Shown here one piece after another: positions 1-8,445 of a DNA stretch of 64,000 nucleotides (positions are counted from its first letter, which is position 1; each line of letters opens with the position of its first letter). The notes below the pieces were generated by a model. That model saw only the letters and a program-made list of their open reading frames with translations, made no database searches and was not told the DNA's origin. This DNA is from a bacterium. GTDB lineage: Bacteria; Patescibacteriota; UBA1384; VFKW01. A program made the translations under genes and the position numbers. The stretch lies in contig JAUSIS010000009.1 in assembly GCA_030647355.1 (NCBI GenBank), positions 512 through 64,511 of the forward strand. Reading direction: 5' to 3'.

Positions 1-196
1 GGAAATTTAAGGTGAAATTTGATATAATAAGTATGTTGGAATACAAAAATAGCCCTGAATACTTTCAACAAGGCTTGTTTTTTTCGTCAAAGACGAGCAT
101 TAGGCGATTAAGCCAACCGAGAAGGTGTTCGAAAGAAAGTGTCTCAAGGGCGCCTATAGTATTGTGAAAAGGCAGTCTTTTAAATATAATAAGATC

Positions 197-907
197 ATGA
201 AACACACTCCGTTTCCCTATATATTAATCGCACTCGGAATTATGATAGGCCTATTTTTGACGGCTCAATGGAAAGTTCCACCAGTGAGGAATGTAAATCC
301 AATAGCGCCTTATTTGGCGCTGCGCGATACGCGTAATGACCTTGCAGACGAGCAAGCCAATCTCAAGCAAGAAATTAGTAATCTACAAAAAAATATTGAT
401 CAGGAAAACTCGGTAAAAAATAAAGACAGCGAATCGATTAATCTCATCAATCAATCACAGCGATTAAAAGATAAGGCCGGTTTAACGAAAAAATCCGGGT
501 CAGGATTAGTTATGACGCTAAACGATGCGTCAAGCGGCCCAGGTACTATTGACAATATAACTCATGCAGCCGACCTGCGAGATATTGTAAATGTGCTCTG
601 GCAAAATGGCGCTGAGGCGATTTCGATTAATGGCGAGCGAGTAGTGATGAATACTTCGATAGATTGTATTGTTAATACTATTTTAATAAATAATACTAAA
701 ACCACGCCGCCTTTTACAATTTTAGCCGCCGGAGATTCCTATAAATTAGAGAAGGGATTGAGAGACAGCGCTAGTTTGAACGATTTGTGGAAGCGAGTGA
801 AGAATGCCGGACTTGTTTTTGAAATTAAATCTTCCTGGAAAGTAGATATTCAGCCATTTAATGGGTCCTTTGTACTACACTTTGCACAGAAAGCGAGTAG
901 TAAATGA
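197..907 (+). CDS. DUF881 family protein (YlxW/YlxX-like, cell-division associated); ORF track starts at 125 but TM helix begins at in-frame ATG 197
   Basis: N-terminal TM helix, coiled-coil region, C-terminal block ...DLRDIVNVLWQNGAEAISINGERV... typical of DUF881. Confidence 0.65.
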   Translation: MKHTPFPYILIALGIMIGLFLTAQWKVPPVRNVNPIAPYLALRDTRNDLADEQANLKQEISNLQKNIDQENSVKNKDSESINLINQSQRLKDKAGLTKKSGSGLVMTLNDASSGPGTIDNITHAADLRDIVNVLWQNGAEAISINGERVVMNTSIDCIVNTILINNTKTTPPFTILAAGDSYKLEKGLRDSASLNDLWKRVKNAGLVFEIKSSWKVDIQPFNGSFVLHFAQKASSK

Positions 908-1503
908 AAATCAGAAGAAATATATTATTAGTAGTAGCGGCGTGTCTATTACTTGGGTTTATCTTGTCCAGGCAATTTTTCTTGCAAAAAAAATTAAAAA
1001 CAGAAACCCAGCCAGAGCAAGAGAGGGAGCTGGCAATTGAAGTAAGTCGCTTAATTAAGGGAAATCAGGAATTGACTTTGGAAAGAAATAAATTGACCGA
1101 TCAATATTCTCTTATTCGTAAAAGTTCGGACGATAAGGAGGCGGCGCTAGAATCAATGCAGAGCTCGATTGAGCAATATAATATAATTTTAGGGAAAGTC
1201 GCAGTTACCGGTTCTGGTGTGGTGATACAGTTTGACGAAATGCTTGATACAACTCAAATAACTGACTTAATGAATGCGCTTAGAAATATTGGAGCCGAAG
1301 CGATTGCGATAAACGGAAAACGGATTACTCCTACGACAGGATGGGATTATAAAACTTTTTCGTCTCCTTATAAAATCCAAGCGATTGGCGACAGTAAGCT
1401 ATTAAAAGATTCTCTAGAGAGGCGAGGCGGTATTATGGAGAATGTGGGATTTTCGGGTACGGTAAGCGAGGAGAAGAAAATATCCCTACCGGCGGCTAAA
1501 TAA
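904..1503 (+). CDS. DUF881 family protein, tandem paralog of the upstream gene
   Basis: Same architecture (TM, coiled coil, ...LMNALRNIGAEAIAINGKRI...); ATGA overlap with upstream gene suggests translational coupling. Confidence 0.65.
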   Translation: MKIRRNILLVVAACLLLGFILSRQFFLQKKLKTETQPEQERELAIEVSRLIKGNQELTLERNKLTDQYSLIRKSSDDKEAALESMQSSIEQYNIILGKVAVTGSGVVIQFDEMLDTTQITDLMNALRNIGAEAIAINGKRITPTTGWDYKTFSSPYKIQAIGDSKLLKDSLERRGGIMENVGFSGTVSEEKKISLPAAK

Positions 1504-1532
1504 CAAGTTATATTGATTAAGTAAACGAAAAG

Positions 1533-2564
1533 TTGGATAATAAACATGGAGATAATATGGAACAAGAAAAGAAACTTGTGTTAGATATACCGGTGGCGAC
1601 TATTCTTAAGGTTTTTGCGGTTATTATTGGGTTAGTACTACTCTATCTGGTAAAAGACGTAATTATATTATTTATATTGGTGTTAATATTTTTCTCTGTT
1701 TTGAATCCAATTATCAATAGGTGGGAAGAAGAAATGTCGCGTAGAGCGGCTATTGCCGCCTTATTTATTATTATTATATTATTCGTTGTTGCAGTCGGAT
1801 TGTTGATCATTCCACCTTTAGTAGGGCAAGTGCAATCATTTATCAACCATCTTCCAACTTATATCAAAAAGATAGCACCACTTTTAAGCGAACCGATTCT
1901 TAAGGGTTCGGAAGGAGCATTGTCGTCTTTGTCGGGACAGATAGGGCGATTTGGCGTCACAATATTTAATACGACGATTGGCTTTTTTGGCGGGTTGGTA
2001 GCGATATTCACAGTTATTGTTTCAACCTTCTATCTACTGTCAGATAAGGCGAAAGCAAGTAAATTTGTGATGGGTCTTCCAATTAGACACAAAGAGGCTT
2101 ATTATCGCTTATTTGATCAAATTAGCGATAAGATGGGCTTATGGGTAAGAGGGCAGTTAACATTAATGCTTGTAGTGGGTACTTTGGATTTAATCGGACT
2201 ATTAATATTAGGTGTTCCCTATGCATTAACCCTAGGTGTCTGGTCGGGATTGACGGAATTAATTCCTTATGTGGGTCCGATATTAGGTGCTATTCCGGCA
2301 GTTCTGATTGCGCTATCACTAAGTCCACTGAAGGCGCTGGGTGTGGTCATTGTTTATATTATAGTTCAGCAGATTGAAGCTCAGGTATTAGTCCCCCGAA
2401 TAATGGGTAAAGCAGTTGGATTAAGCCCAGTAGTGATAATTTTTGCTATATTAATCGGAGCGAAGCTGATGGGTCTACTAGGTATCTTACTGGCCGTTCC
2501 TATTGCAGCAGCAATTAGCGTATTAGTTCGCGAGTATCCAAATTTATTCCCCGATAAGGGTTAG
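1533..2564 (+). CDS. AI-2E family transporter (PerM/YhhT-like, UPF0118)
   Basis: 8 predicted TM helices and conserved C-terminal block ELIPYVGPILGAIPAVLIAL...QQIEAQVLVPRIMGKAVGLSPVVI. Confidence 0.8.
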   Translation: MDNKHGDNMEQEKKLVLDIPVATILKVFAVIIGLVLLYLVKDVIILFILVLIFFSVLNPIINRWEEEMSRRAAIAALFIIIILFVVAVGLLIIPPLVGQVQSFINHLPTYIKKIAPLLSEPILKGSEGALSSLSGQIGRFGVTIFNTTIGFFGGLVAIFTVIVSTFYLLSDKAKASKFVMGLPIRHKEAYYRLFDQISDKMGLWVRGQLTLMLVVGTLDLIGLLILGVPYALTLGVWSGLTELIPYVGPILGAIPAVLIALSLSPLKALGVVIVYIIVQQIEAQVLVPRIMGKAVGLSPVVIIFAILIGAKLMGLLGILLAVPIAAAISVLVREYPNLFPDKG

Positions 2565-2601
2565 TTCTCCAAGTTTAGAAAGTTAGTATATAGTAGTTTG
2601 T

Positions 2602-3459
2602 TTACCGATCGAGTAGTTTTTCTGTATCAATTAAACCATTATTTTGACTCACTAGAGTGCCTTTTTGCAAAACAGGTATTTGTTTTTCATAAGTTGGACC
2701 CGAGGCTTCATGAATAACGCCAATAGGAATATGGTCTCCCCACAGCCTTACTTTTTCGAAGGCTTGGGTAAGATCGGACTTATCATAAGTAGCATCATCA
2801 ACTAACTTATAAACCCTGCTTTTGTAATATTCTAGAGTATTAATCTTGTTAAAAGAAACACAGGGCGACAGGACATCAACAATCGAGAATCCATCATGAG
2901 AAATTGCTTGGGCAAATATTTCGCTTAAACCTGTATTATCTCCTGCCCAGCCTCTGGCTATAAAAGTGGCGCCAGAAGCGAGAGCAACTAAGAGCGGATT
3001 TATAGGATTTTCGATAGTTCCTTCTGGGGTGGGACCACTGATGAACTTTTTTTCGCTAGTAGGAGACGCCTGACCTTTTGTTAGGGCGTAGACTTGGTTA
3101 TCATTTACTATGACAGTGATGTTAATATTTCGTCGGGCGGCATGCAAGATATGATTGCCCCCTTCGGCAAATAAACCCCCGTCACCACCAATAGCAATAA
3201 CATGAAGTTTGTGGTTTGCTAGTTTTATACCTTGAGCCAAGGGAATAACACGACCATGCAGACCGGTAAATGTATTCACTTCGACATAGTCTGTAAGTTT
3301 ACTAGAGCAACCAATATCGCCAGCTAAGACAATATCGTGCGGTTTATAGTTCAATGTTTTCAATGCGTTCTTCAGGGCGGCAATGATGCTAAAATTCCCA
3401 CAACCCGGACACCAGGTGATTTGATTTTTATTATCAAAATTGTTTTCTGGTTCAGTCAT
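2602..3459 (-). CDS. korB: 2-oxoacid:ferredoxin oxidoreductase beta subunit (TPP-binding)
   Basis: WCPGCGNF motif near N-terminus, GDIGCS and TPP-binding GDG...N motif; 8-bp overlap with upstream alpha subunit. Confidence 0.85.
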   Translation of the reverse strand: MTEPENNFDNKNQITWCPGCGNFSIIAALKNALKTLNYKPHDIVLAGDIGCSSKLTDYVEVNTFTGLHGRVIPLAQGIKLANHKLHVIAIGGDGGLFAEGGNHILHAARRNINITVIVNDNQVYALTKGQASPTSEKKFISGPTPEGTIENPINPLLVALASGATFIARGWAGDNTGLSEIFAQAISHDGFSIVDVLSPCVSFNKINTLEYYKSRVYKLVDDATYDKSDLTQAFEKVRLWGDHIPIGVIHEASGPTYEKQIPVLQKGTLVSQNNGLIDTEKLLDR

Positions 3460-5209
3460 TTTTTTCCTTTATATCGGCTTGGGCTTTAAGCGGTGTATTT
3501 AGAATACTCTTTACTTTTTTAACAATTTCCTCTGGTAGAAAGGGCCGACCATCAAATTTTAAGAGTTTGTTAGTGATGCGTCTCCCAGTCAGAGATCTGA
3601 TATATCTGGTCATCTGACCAGAATAGTTGTTTTCGACTATCAAAGCGGCTTTAGTATGATCGAAGATCTTAGCTACTTCATATGCCGGAAAAGGCATAAC
3701 ATATAATAGGTGGAGATAGTTCGCTTTAATCCCCTCTTTGTCTAGTAATTTGAGCGCATCCAAAATAATGCTCTTATTAGATCCCCAGCCGAAGATGGTG
3801 ATTTCGGCATCTTTTTCTCCATATAAAATAGGTTCCGGCAGTTCTTTGGCTAAGTTATTAATTTTCTTCATTCTTTTTTCCATCATAGAAATGCGGATTG
3901 TCGGATCATCACTGTCACGGCCTAAAGCGTCATGCTCATAACTATCAGCATGCGTTACCGCACCTGGCGATCCGGGTAATAACCTTGAAGATACGCCATC
4001 TTCTTCTAATTCATAGCGGGAATAAGTCTCATTCCCAGAAGTTGTGATTTTTCCCCGGTCGATTTTCCATTCCGACATATCGGGTTTATTAATAGTATAT
4101 AAACTACTGGCCAGATATTTATCGGTCAGGATGATAACCGGCAGCTGGTATTTATCAGCTAAATTAAAAGCATTAAAAGTCGCCTCAATACATTCGGTCG
4201 GGTCTCCTGGCGCTAATACTATCCGAGGGAATTCTCCGTGACCGGCATAAAGGACAAAATCCAAGTCAGATTGTTCTGTCTTAGTTGGCATAGCAGAGCT
4301 CGGCCCGCTTCTCATGCCTTCAACTACCACTAAAGGAATCTCCGCCATACCAGCTAATCCCAATCCTTCAGTCATTAAGCAGAACCCTCCTCCCGAGGTG
4401 GCTGTCAGACTTCGAGCACCACTATAACTTGCACCAATAGTCATGATGATAGCAGATATTTCGTCTTCGGGTTCTTTGACAACCAGATTAAAGTTGTTTT
4501 GTTCGGCGGCTAGGTAATCGAGGATACTAGTGACAGGAGTCATTGGATAAATAGCGGCAAATTTTAAGCCGGAGCGAATTGCCCCGATACAAATCGCATC
4601 GTTTCCATTCAAGAGAATTCTTTGAGAATCTATTTGTTTGTGTTTAATTGATAAGTCAAAAGAGCTGCCGGCTCCCTGGGTAAAACGATACCCTTTGAGA
4701 GCGGCGCGAACATTCATATCAATTACTTCTTGTCCTTTTTTTTCGAAGGTTGACTTAAGAGTTTCCTCAAGAATTGAAAAATTACCTTTGAGTAATCCGA
4801 TTGCAGCGCCGATAGCGACAGTATTTCTAATAATTTCGCCGCCCGATTCTTTGGCTATAGTAGTAAGCGGAACTCCTTGAATTGTTATTCCATCCACTTT
4901 TTCAAGTTCAATGATATCAGAATCATAAATAATAGCAGAGCCTTCTTTTAGCTCGCGTTCGTGAAGTTTAACCGTTTGCTCATTTAAGGCAACCAGAATA
5001 TCAATTTTTTGGGTGAGGGAGTTAGTTTCATTTTCAGTAATATGGACCATCGCAAAATTATGCCCTCCTCTTATCAGTGAGGGATACTCGCTGGCCATAA
5101 AGGAAAAAAGACCACTGGCAAGAGCATATTTTGCTAGTAGGTGTCCGGATTCCATAATCCCGGCGCCGGCAACACCTCCAATAGCAACTACTATGTTCTG
5201 ACTTTCCAC
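3452..5209 (-). CDS. korA: 2-oxoacid:ferredoxin oxidoreductase alpha subunit with fused N-terminal gamma domain
   Basis: 585 aa; N-terminal gamma-like domain (VVAIGGVAGAG...) followed by alpha-subunit pyrimidine-binding domain; GTG start with AGGAGG SD. Confidence 0.85.
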   Translation of the reverse strand: MESQNIVVAIGGVAGAGIMESGHLLAKYALASGLFSFMASEYPSLIRGGHNFAMVHITENETNSLTQKIDILVALNEQTVKLHERELKEGSAIIYDSDIIELEKVDGITIQGVPLTTIAKESGGEIIRNTVAIGAAIGLLKGNFSILEETLKSTFEKKGQEVIDMNVRAALKGYRFTQGAGSSFDLSIKHKQIDSQRILLNGNDAICIGAIRSGLKFAAIYPMTPVTSILDYLAAEQNNFNLVVKEPEDEISAIIMTIGASYSGARSLTATSGGGFCLMTEGLGLAGMAEIPLVVVEGMRSGPSSAMPTKTEQSDLDFVLYAGHGEFPRIVLAPGDPTECIEATFNAFNLADKYQLPVIILTDKYLASSLYTINKPDMSEWKIDRGKITTSGNETYSRYELEEDGVSSRLLPGSPGAVTHADSYEHDALGRDSDDPTIRISMMEKRMKKINNLAKELPEPILYGEKDAEITIFGWGSNKSIILDALKLLDKEGIKANYLHLLYVMPFPAYEVAKIFDHTKAALIVENNYSGQMTRYIRSLTGRRITNKLLKFDGRPFLPEEIVKKVKSILNTPLKAQADIKEKND

Positions 5210-5248
5210 TAAGTCCCCTCCTTTTTTGATTTTAATCAGTTATCTTCT

Positions 5249-5638
5249 TTACTTTGGGGTCATTGCAAAATAGTAATATAGCAGGGCAGCAATAATTATA
5301 AAATTGACCACAATAATTATTATTTTAGTTTTGTGCTTTCGTTTTTCTTTTTTTACCGCTAGAGTGGCAGGATCATCTTCTTGTTTTGGCTGGGCTGGGG
5401 TTGCAACTGCCGGTTTTGATTCGGCTGGAGGACTAACGGGCGGTGGAGATTCAGTTTCTTTCGTTTCCGGTTGGCTTTTTGTTTCGACAGGATTTTCTTT
5501 GGGGGGTTCGGTTTGGGAATTAGGCGTGGGGGTTACTTCCTCGGTTGGACTACTGATAGCCCCTGGCGCAGCAGGCGTCTCGATAGATGGAATAATGAGT
5601 GATTCGGTTTTTGGTTCTTGTGTTTGATCTGGATCCAT
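5249..5638 (-). CDS. Pro/Thr/Glu-rich low-complexity protein with C-terminal TM anchor
   Basis: Starts MDPDQT; PT-rich disordered region then one hydrophobic helix; paralogous N-terminus to next gene. Confidence 0.45.
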   Translation of the reverse strand: MDPDQTQEPKTESLIIPSIETPAAPGAISSPTEEVTPTPNSQTEPPKENPVETKSQPETKETESPPPVSPPAESKPAVATPAQPKQEDDPATLAVKKEKRKHKTKIIIIVVNFIIIAALLYYYFAMTPK

Positions 5639-5669
5639 ATATTGCTCCTATAGTTTATTTATTTTCTAC

Positions 5670-6272
5670 CTATTTAAGATTTATGTCTGGGAAGGTTGTG
5701 TTAACAGGAGTTGTGCGAGCAGCTATAACTACCATAGCGGCAATTATACCAATCGTTAGAAGAATATTTAATATGAAGATGATAAGTCCCCATTTTGCCC
5801 AGGCTTTTTGAACTGCTTTGAATTGTTCAACGCTTTCGAATTTACGGTTTTGCCAGGCCCATTCATTTCCCTTAAGACCTAAAATAACCATCATGATGGG
5901 GCCGAGGACGAAAGCTAGGAGCCCAATCCAGGTTTGATTGCCGATTGCCCATATCCAATTGAGAAAGAACGCTCCCCAGTTCCAACCTTTTATTTCTGCC
6001 GGAATATCTGTCGAGGTAGCTGGCGCTGTTCCAGTCGGAGCGGTACTCGCAGGAACCGCCTGCTCTGTGTTTGTTGTGTTCGGCTCTGGAGTAGTACCGG
6101 TTGGCGCAGGTTCGGTAGGTTTTGCAATATCCGAAACTATCGCTCCAGATGTTGCTTGCGGTTGTATGGGGGATGTTGATTCAGCTTTCACTTCTTTCGG
6201 AAAAGAAGTCGGCTCACTGGTGGGTGCCTCTATGGGTTTCTCCTCTTCGGCAGAAGTTGTTTGTGGATCCAT
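5670..6272 (-). CDS. Pro/Thr-rich N-terminal region fused to Trp-rich two-TM domain (DUF2628-like)
   Basis: Starts MDPQTT; C-terminal block GWNWGAFFLNWIWAIGNQTW...KGNEWAWQNRKF with two TM helices. Confidence 0.5.
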   Translation of the reverse strand: MDPQTTSAEEEKPIEAPTSEPTSFPKEVKAESTSPIQPQATSGAIVSDIAKPTEPAPTGTTPEPNTTNTEQAVPASTAPTGTAPATSTDIPAEIKGWNWGAFFLNWIWAIGNQTWIGLLAFVLGPIMMVILGLKGNEWAWQNRKFESVEQFKAVQKAWAKWGLIIFILNILLTIGIIAAMVVIAARTTPVNTTFPDINLK

Positions 6273-6310
6273 TAGGACCTCCTTATTTAATTTAATTACT
6301 TACTAATAAA

Positions 6311-7291
6311 TTATACCCTTGATTTTTTTTCCAAATAGTCAATCGCTCGATATGCGATTGTCCAGTAAGAGGAGAAATAAGATGTATATATCCCACCCAG
6401 TACGAACAAAATAGCAAGAAAAATAAGTACAGCAATAATTGAATAACCAATCAGAACTCCAATACCGGCCTGTGATGCCAAATATCCTAAGCCGACAAAA
6501 ATTGCTGTCAATACAGCACTCGCTATTCCAACGACTATGGCGAAACCAATATAAAGGGCAATATTGATGAGCCACGCTAGCAGAGTGTGCTTTAGTTGAT
6601 GGCGCACAAGTTTTTTCCCTCTCTGTAAGGCAACTAAAATACTGACATCGTTAAGCACTAGTGTCCTGGCACCAAGCATAGCACTCAGAGACAAATAAAT
6701 TGATAATACTATAAGCGCCAATAAACCCAAGAAGGCAAAGATACCGGTTATTACATAGGTTGCTGTACCGGCTTGGAATATCAGTGCTAAAGCTATAGGC
6801 AAAAATACCACTAGAAGAAGACCGAATATTATAAGACCGATCAGCAAGTTAAGGCCAAAAAGCCGCCAGGCATATTGAGTCCCCTTATGGAACGCCGAGC
6901 CAAAAGTTTCTTCTTGTTGATTTTCCTCTAATTGGTTCACCGATAGAATTAGTCCGGCGTGAGCTGAATTTGACAGATATGCAATTAAAATTGCAAGGAG
7001 CAAAATTATTCCTGTTACTATTACTATAAGCGGCCATACATCAGATAGCTGGGATCCAAACATAAGGATAAATCCTCGCGCCATTTTCTCTCGAGGAATA
7101 GAAGAGCCTAAAACTTGCCGTAGGAAATCTGTCAAGCTGCCAAGCGAGGCAAAAGCAACGGCAAGGATGCCTAGCCACCAGAGGTAGCGACGTTTTTTTA
7201 TAATGTCCCAAGCCCGAGTGATGATTTTTGCATAATCCATATAAAAAACCCTCCCTCTCTTAACTATAGGGGTATTGAAGAGTGTTGTCAA
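6311..7291 (-). CDS. polytopic membrane protein of unknown function (likely start at internal Met, about 7240)
   Basis: 6-7 predicted TM helices; N-terminal motif YAKIITRAWDIIKKRRYLWWLG. Confidence 0.5.
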   Translation of the reverse strand: MTTLFNTPIVKRGRVFYMDYAKIITRAWDIIKKRRYLWWLGILAVAFASLGSLTDFLRQVLGSSIPREKMARGFILMFGSQLSDVWPLIVIVTGIILLLAILIAYLSNSAHAGLILSVNQLEENQQEETFGSAFHKGTQYAWRLFGLNLLIGLIIFGLLLVVFLPIALALIFQAGTATYVITGIFAFLGLLALIVLSIYLSLSAMLGARTLVLNDVSILVALQRGKKLVRHQLKHTLLAWLINIALYIGFAIVVGIASAVLTAIFVGLGYLASQAGIGVLIGYSIIAVLIFLAILFVLGGIYTSYFSSYWTIAYRAIDYLEKKSRV

Positions 7292-7327
7292 TGATAATAA
7301 CTACTTCACTGCCACTCATAATTTGTC

Positions 7328-7364
7328 AATAAAAATACCCCGCTCTTTCTGGGAAAGGCGGGGT
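7328..7364 (-). terminator. rho-independent terminator downstream of gpsA-like gene
   Basis: CCCCGC/GCGGGG stem with 14-nt loop followed by T-run on minus strand. Confidence 0.6.
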
Positions 7365-7374
7365 TTGTGTGGAA

Positions 7375-8445
7375 TCACCGGGTCTGTCGTTGCTTGATTC
7401 CCTCGATGCACTTATCGAGGGGCATCTTGCGACCGATCAGCTGGCTAAGGTAGTAGAGGTAGGGATAGCCTGATATTGCAGGATCATCCGAGTTTTCGGT
7501 TTCCAGGAAGATACCGCCCCGAGCAAGTAGTTTCTGAACTATCCTGATATTGCGATAGCTTTCCACTACTCCCTTTTCCTGGGCTCGGCGCAAGGCCATA
7601 TCAACCGGCATTCCCTCGGCTAGGTATTGGCCGAATGCCGTGTTCCGGCTGATATTGCCCGGTTGCTGGCAAAGTAAGAGGTCTGCCATGAGCGTCATCT
7701 TCTCGTCAGAGCCATCTTGGCGAGTTTGCCGCTTTGTCCCCAGGACTTTCAGCAGACGCCAGTACTCATCGTATATACCCGCCATCGCTGTGGCATAACT
7801 ACCGAGCTCACCTGATAGGCAATGCTGGACGATGGACGTTTCGCAGGAGGTAATGGTCCGGAGGAAACCTCCATAGCACATTCCGGTCGGATCCAAGCTC
7901 AACCGCCCCCAGATCTTTGTTCCTGTGAATAGATCCCGGAAGCGCTTGGCAGAATCCCAGCTTCTCTTGCCAGATGCGATTATCATACGTGTCCATTCAC
8001 CGGCTGCCATATTCTCACCGAAGCCGGCGCCGGTATACTGGATAATATGCGCCAGCGGAAAGTGATGGCGAACAACCTGGAACGGCGTCTCGAGATTGTC
8101 GTTCAATCCCTTCTGCATAGTCACCAGGGTAGCCGTCTTCTCGTTGAGATTATCGATGAGTTGTAAGGTCGGTTCAAGCCCCGCCATTGAAGGGGCTAGC
8201 AGTATATAGTCGTAACCGTTTGCATTGATACGGTCACTGGTGACTATAGCCAGTCCATCCGGTGTATCATAGTCTTGCATCCAAGGGTATCGACTGCAGT
8301 AGTCGAATGTCTGCCAGCTGTCCATCATCCTACGATCAATATCCCAAATGGACGTAGGGACACCGGCTTGCTTGGTCAAGACCATTGCTGTGCCGAAACC
8401 GAAGGTACCGGCACCGAGGATGAGGATTCTGGGCTGCTCAGTCAT
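7375..8445 (-). CDS. gpsA: NAD(P)H-dependent glycerol-3-phosphate dehydrogenase-like protein
   Basis: N-terminal Rossmann ILILGAGTFGFGTAMVL, C-terminal GpsA-like helical domain; high GC; ATGA overlap with plsY fusion gene. Confidence 0.6.
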   Translation of the reverse strand: MTEQPRILILGAGTFGFGTAMVLTKQAGVPTSIWDIDRRMMDSWQTFDYCSRYPWMQDYDTPDGLAIVTSDRINANGYDYILLAPSMAGLEPTLQLIDNLNEKTATLVTMQKGLNDNLETPFQVVRHHFPLAHIIQYTGAGFGENMAAGEWTRMIIASGKRSWDSAKRFRDLFTGTKIWGRLSLDPTGMCYGGFLRTITSCETSIVQHCLSGELGSYATAMAGIYDEYWRLLKVLGTKRQTRQDGSDEKMTLMADLLLCQQPGNISRNTAFGQYLAEGMPVDMALRRAQEKGVVESYRNIRIVQKLLARGGIFLETENSDDPAISGYPYLYYLSQLIGRKMPLDKCIEGIKQRQTR

